Shown one piece after another: positions 53,196 to 57,624 of a stretch of DNA of 57,624 nt. How positions within the stretch are numbered: the stretch's first letter is position 1; each line of letters begins with the position of its first letter. Source of the stretch: a virus (lineage: Duplodnaviria; Caudoviricetes); the IMG/VR virus record IMGVR_UViG_3300025357_000014, positions 1 through 57,624 of that record; one strand, given 5' to 3'. The notes beneath the pieces were generated by a model. That model was not told the DNA's origin. It did not search any database and saw only the letters and a list, made by a program, of their open reading frames with translations. The translations under genes were made by a program, and so were the position numbers.

Positions 53196-55714
53196 TAGAA
53201 TGTACTCGATCCTACAACGTTATAAACAATATTATAAAGTTTTGGCAATTGATTGCTGGCAAGAATAAAATCAGACGAGTATGAATTAAGTATTGTACCA
53301 TCAAGTGCTACTGTGCTAACATTGGTAATTCTTGCATTAGCAACACCAGCAACGCCAAGTATTTGTGTTTGTAGGTTTGCAAATGAAATATTTCCAAGAT
53401 AATTAAAGTTTGAAAAATATTGATTTAGTTGATTTGTAACGTTGGCTTGAACAGTTGTTAAACTGTAACCCGGCAAAAGAACAATTCTTACATTTATAAT
53501 AAGGTTTTGAAAACTTGCTTGGTGCACCAACGTGTTAACACCTAGTGGTCGACTTTGTTGCACAAGTCCCTCAACGTCGACAACATCACTATTGTAATCA
53601 TGATTGTAAAGAATTGATGAGTTACCAGTATTAGGAAGTGCAGGCCATCCACCATAAGCAGAAGGTGGAGTAGCTGTATCAAAAGCTAAACCAGTCATTG
53701 ATTTTACACTATTGCTATTATCAGTAATATCGTAAAGTGAATATACCAATGCTTTACCACTTGTTACAACAGTTCCACTATTAGCAACCATTTGGTTTAA
53801 CATAATTCCACTGCTCATTACTTGCATAATGTGATATGGTTGTCCAGAAAGAACAACACCATCATTTTGTAGACATAATCCTGGATACAAGAAAGTGTTT
53901 GCATTGTTAATTTGTATAAAATTAACACCAGAAACAGTTGTTCCGGAAACAATAACACCTGAAGAATTAGTATATGTATAAGGAGTTGGCACAACTGTGC
54001 CAGTAAAAGTAATGTATGGATAAGGGTTTAAACAAATACCATACGTAATGCCACTGCTAATTACATCGTTGTAAAGAACAACCATATCAGCCATGCCACT
54101 TTGTGAAGTACCGATTTGTGACGGGAAGTTAATAAGTGGTTGACGATCCATGGAAACATAGATGTCACCACTAGTAGCAGTATTGGTTGATGCAATACTA
54201 CCATTGCCTAAAACATAATTGTTTGTATTTAGATATGGTGTTGGATTTCCCGAAGTAAGTATGTTGTTGGGATTAAAAACGGATTGTTCGCTAGCATTAA
54301 GTGCTATTGTACCATTAACAAATATATCAACAAAATTACCACTTGCTACAGATGTTACTCTGCTACAAGCAGGATTATATTCAGAAATTACTTCAACAGT
54401 ATTGCCAATAAATAAATTTGCATAATCAGTTGGATTAGCAATTCGTAGATAAAGTTGTGGTGAATAGGTTCCACTTACGGTAGATGAACCAATAAAATAA
54501 TAGTAATCAGAATTTGGTGTATAAATAGTTTCGCTAGCAGAATTAAGATTAGAACCAACTAGTTCATTGCCTTGAGGATAAACAAATCCACTGTATGTTC
54601 CATTGTATGATTGTGTACCTAAGGCACCAATATCTGGATTAAGACTTGTTACATACTCTGTGTATGTAGATCCACTAATAGTGACAAGACCACTGACAGT
54701 AGTATTGTTAAGGGTACTACCACTACCAATTGTTAAACGGTAAGGGCTTGGACCTCCAAAAGTAATGTTTAATCCACTAGCAATTGTATTTCCTGTGGGA
54801 ACTGCGGAAACGTTTAAATAACCAAATGGGTATACTCCACTAACCATAGCTTGTAAACCGGATGCTAATGCTGTACCGGTTGTTGAAGAAGGAAATCCAC
54901 TATATGCAACTAATGTTGTACCACTATAGGTAGTTCCATTAATTACATTGGTCATACCACTATAAGCAACCAGTTGGAATGTAACATTGCTAGATCCACC
55001 ACTAATAGTAGCTTGAATAGCAAGTTGTTCATCATAAAAATTTTGAGCACCAACAGCATTAGCAGTTGTTACATTAGGATCTTGATATGCCGTAAGAATA
55101 TATTTACCATTTGTTCCAGTGGTATTGTTGAAAGCTGTAGCTTGCCATCTTGCACGGAATTGTGAATCTGCTTCAGGGTCAGCACCGTTGGCAATTGGTG
55201 ATAAATTAGTAACACTAGTTACTCCAAGCAATGTTGTTGCTAGTGCGGTAACTGTATTAGCAGGAACATTACCATAAATTCCAGGCAATGATGCTATAAT
55301 TGGTACACTAGCTGATGTTAATCCAATTGGAATAATTGCTGGGGCTGTTGTTGAATAGTAAATTGGCGTTGTGTACGTTGCATTTACTGGAACCGCTACT
55401 TGTGTTCCGATAGGAATATTGATAATACTTGTAGCAGGTGCATTAGTTGTAAATGTTACTAATCCAATAGCTCTTTTACCAAGTTGACGGTATACACCAA
55501 ATAAGTTACAAAAATTATCTAGATCGCTACCCGATTTAGTGTTAATATCATAACTATAAGTTTGTAGAACAGAATTGTTGTTTGCATTAGCAATTTCTTG
55601 AGCTACTGATTCTAGAATTTTGTAAGTAGCACTACCAACACTTACGTCCCATGTTGGGTCATAAGTAGATAGAGCCGCCTGCAATCTTGATAATACTCCT
55701 GTTGTATCAGCCAT
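53195..55714 (-). CDS. baseplate J-like wedge protein
   Basis: G.DLD....FG.YR...A.G.VTF, IP.GT, G..GNV.A, G.D.E.D..FRAR motifs. Confidence 0.85.
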   Translation of the reverse strand: MADTTGVLSRLQAALSTYDPTWDVSVGSATYKILESVAQEIANANNNSVLQTYSYDINTKSGSDLDNFCNLFGVYRQLGKRAIGLVTFTTNAPATSIINIPIGTQVAVPVNATYTTPIYYSTTAPAIIPIGLTSASVPIIASLPGIYGNVPANTVTALATTLLGVTSVTNLSPIANGADPEADSQFRARWQATAFNNTTGTNGKYILTAYQDPNVTTANAVGAQNFYDEQLAIQATISGGSSNVTFQLVAYSGMTNVINGTTYSGTTLVAYSGFPSSTTGTALASGLQAMVSGVYPFGYLNVSAVPTGNTIASGLNITFGGPSPYRLTIGSGSTLNNTTVSGLVTISGSTYTEYVTSLNPDIGALGTQSYNGTYSGFVYPQGNELVGSNLNSASETIYTPNSDYYYFIGSSTVSGTYSPQLYLRIANPTDYANLFIGNTVEVISEYNPACSRVTSVASGNFVDIFVNGTIALNASEQSVFNPNNILTSGNPTPYLNTNNYVLGNGSIASTNTATSGDIYVSMDRQPLINFPSQIGTSQSGMADMVVLYNDVISSGITYGICLNPYPYITFTGTVVPTPYTYTNSSGVIVSGTTVSGVNFIQINNANTFLYPGLCLQNDGVVLSGQPYHIMQVMSSGIMLNQMVANSGTVVTSGKALVYSLYDITDNSNSVKSMTGLAFDTATPPSAYGGWPALPNTGNSSILYNHDYNSDVVDVEGLVQQSRPLGVNTLVHQASFQNLIINVRIVLLPGYSLTTVQANVTNQLNQYFSNFNYLGNISFANLQTQILGVAGVANARITNVSTVALDGTILNSYSSDFILASNQLPKLYNIVYNVVGSSTF

Positions 55715-56168
55715 TTTGAACACTAACTCCGTTTGCGTTTATTGATGTAAGCAAGGTAACTAAATTACCTGTAAGCGTTTGTAAAACAATTGTGGCATCT
55801 ATTTCTGTGCCATTGTTTTTGTTAATTTGCGTTGTAACTGAAACAATTTTTTCAATAATTTCGTTTCTGTTCCAGTTAGACAATTGTGCAGAATTTTGAG
55901 ATTTTTGTAATGATAGAATTTGTTGACCCTGGTATAATTGTAATACTCTAAGTATTTCATTTTCAACGGTACTAGTACTATTAACTGCTTGTGACGTTCC
56001 AATCATTCCAGGTAAAAGGCTACCAAAACCAGGCGTAGTAAACCCTATTCCTAATGGTTCTTTAAGCCATAGGGCAATGTCTTGAGCTAATTTATTTGAA
56101 CCGTAGGAAAATTGCAGTTTCCCACCATTAAGTTGAATATCTCCATTGCTAACTGTGATCGTCTTCAT
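55707..56168 (-). CDS. baseplate wedge subunit (gp25/GpW-like)
   Basis: L.EPLG....PGFGSLL..MIG motif; directly upstream of the J gene. Confidence 0.75.
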   Translation of the reverse strand: MKTITVSNGDIQLNGGKLQFSYGSNKLAQDIALWLKEPLGIGFTTPGFGSLLPGMIGTSQAVNSTSTVENEILRVLQLYQGQQILSLQKSQNSAQLSNWNRNEIIEKIVSVTTQINKNNGTEIDATIVLQTLTGNLVTLLTSINANGVSVQNG

Positions 56169-56200
56169 AATATCTTAGGCAAAATAAGGGGTTTTATACA

Positions 56201-57622
56201 TTAGTACTTGATAATCTTGGTAACCACGGCATATGGTTGCATGTTATTGTGACCAGAAGCTGTTGTAGCGGTGTTTCCGCTGGTTGTAAGCCCCGTTTGG
56301 GCAGGCACTGTAAAACCAAGACCAGGAATGGCTACACTACCTGTAACTGCTTGTGAGGCAATAGAAAGAGATGGAATAGAAAGAGATGGAATGGAAAGTC
56401 CTGGAATGGAAAGTCCTGGAATGGAAGCAGAATTAACAGTGAGTGAAGGGATGCTAACACTAACTCCAGATAGACTGTGGGAGTGACCAGAATCACTGGC
56501 ACTGACAGTAATACTTGGTGTTTGAGAGTCAGTAGATTCTGAACTAATACGTGCTGACTTAACACCACCAGTTACTGTACCTGTACCAATATTATAAGAA
56601 CCGGTAAGATTGCTCGATACTTCCCAAAAAGGACCAGCTGTAGGAGTTATACTGTGGCTGTGAGAACTTTGGGAAGCACTTGCACCAATATTAGCATTAC
56701 CGGTTGCAGTATTCCCAGAACTAATACTAGCACTACCTGCTGAAGTTGTGGTTGTACCAGTGTTTCCTGTACCGGTAGTACCCGTACCAGTGGTACCTCC
56801 ACCTGTAGCACCGGTACCAGTAGAACCGCCAGATGTATTTAAACTTACGCTAGAACTTGTACCTGTGTTGGTTGTTCCTGTAGAACTTGGTACTGTAAAC
56901 GTGTGGGTGTGAGTTGCTAAAGGTGTTTCTGCAGTAACAAGAGTGTGGTTTTCTTCACCACTAACTGCTGCTAAAGTTCTATTTGTAAGACCAGTTCCAG
57001 AACCTGCGCCGATAGATACTCTTCCTCGCATATCCGGTACATTAAAATTAGTGCCTGATCCACCCCATGCATAGCCAATTGCGGCAAATAGGGCAGCATA
57101 AGTAGTAGTAGAATAGTTAGAACCGTCGCAAAGCAAATATCCACTTGGAGCTGTTGCTCCAGCATAATCAAGCATTACTCCTGGAGGAGTTGAAACGCTA
57201 ACAGGGTGTGGTTGAAATGATGCTTCAATTGGGCTTGTAGCAGTTAATACATAACCAGTTGTAGTTTGACCACCACTTATAGCAATGTTGCCAATGCTTA
57301 ATGATCCATTAATTAATATTCCACTAGCAACTGTTACATTGTTAAGACTGCTAGTCGCTGGTGCTGGCAGTGAGGCAGTGCTATTAATTTGACGAGTATT
57401 AGGATCAAACAAACCGGCATATAGATATAGTCTATAAAGAGTAGTACGTTTTTCTACCCACCAGACTTGGTACTGTTGAATTTGATCAAGAACTACACCA
57501 GCTGGCAATGCTTGTAGGTCAATTTGATATTGAAAACCATTTTGATCAAAACCAAGACAATAGTAATTTTGGGAAGCACCAGCTGTATTGCTAAGGGGAT
57601 TAATTTGTGGATTAGACGTTAG
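56201..57622 (-). CDS. tail fibre with collar domain, 5'-partial
   Basis: Collar motif PPG....YAG..APSGYLLCDG...Y..LFAAIG...FNVPDMRGR; HxH motifs; HNNMQPY...IIKY end. The frame stays open to the window edge. Confidence 0.85.
   Translation of the reverse strand, partial: LTSNPQINPLSNTAGASQNYYCLGFDQNGFQYQIDLQALPAGVVLDQIQQYQVWWVEKRTTLYRLYLYAGLFDPNTRQINSTASLPAPATSSLNNVTVASGILINGSLSIGNIAISGGQTTTGYVLTATSPIEASFQPHPVSVSTPPGVMLDYAGATAPSGYLLCDGSNYSTTTYAALFAAIGYAWGGSGTNFNVPDMRGRVSIGAGSGTGLTNRTLAAVSGEENHTLVTAETPLATHTHTFTVPSSTGTTNTGTSSSVSLNTSGGSTGTGATGGGTTGTGTTGTGNTGTTTTSAGSASISSGNTATGNANIGASASQSSHSHSITPTAGPFWEVSSNLTGSYNIGTGTVTGGVKSARISSESTDSQTPSITVSASDSGHSHSLSGVSVSIPSLTVNSASIPGLSIPGLSIPSLSIPSLSIASQAVTGSVAIPGLGFTVPAQTGLTTSGNTATTASGHNNMQPYAVVTKIIKY
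56361..56420. repeat. 15-bp tandem repeats in the tail fibre gene
   Basis: ATAGAAAGAGATGGA x2 then ATGGAAAGTCCTGGA x2, encoding (SIPGL)2(SIPSL)2. Confidence 0.85.
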
Positions 57623-57624
57623 GG

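Noticed and set aside
1880-57171. Numerous antisense or nested 60-165 aa ORFs in the track (e.g. 1880-2260, 3405-3755, 18175-18546, 22367-22864, 42424-42832)
   Set aside because: They are shadows of well-supported genes on the opposite strand or in another frame, without RBS or recognisable motifs.
56201-57622. Diversity-generating retroelement targeting the tail fibre
   Set aside because: No reverse transcriptase and no template/variable repeat pair in the window.

Overview
This is a 57.6-kb segment of a large, low-GC, contractile-tailed (myovirus-type) phage genome. The host is probably actinobacterial, based on two WhiB genes, an Rpf-like transglycosylase, an MSMEG_6728-family protein and leaderless starts; this is inference. 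Two convergent arms meet at ~12604. The + strand arm (1-12606) looks like an early/accessory region: small genes, a MoxR-type AAA+/vWA pair, Rpf, HNH, DUF2786 and WhiB. Its intergenic spaces are unusually full of structured RNA: a type II hammerhead ribozyme, 4-5 copies of a covarying H-type pseudoknot, three anticodon-less tRNA mimics, a ~590-nt multidomain ncRNA candidate, a long G-U-rich rod, and a perfect parS-type palindrome. The - strand arm (12603-57624) runs from tail fibre and baseplate genes through an SNF2 helicase, WhiB, a glycosyltransferase, tRNA-Arg, an HslV-like protease, a 5'-3' exonuclease, a degenerate LuxC-like protein and an Hfq/Sm-like protein. It continues through the replisome (DnaC-like, DnaB, primase, SSB, DnaE, RecA), nucleases, and a cluster of probable internal head proteins sharing an N-terminal [FW]xx[RK]x[ASG] motif, ending at the large terminase. 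All calls are from reading sequence and motifs by eye; no searches or folding programs were run.
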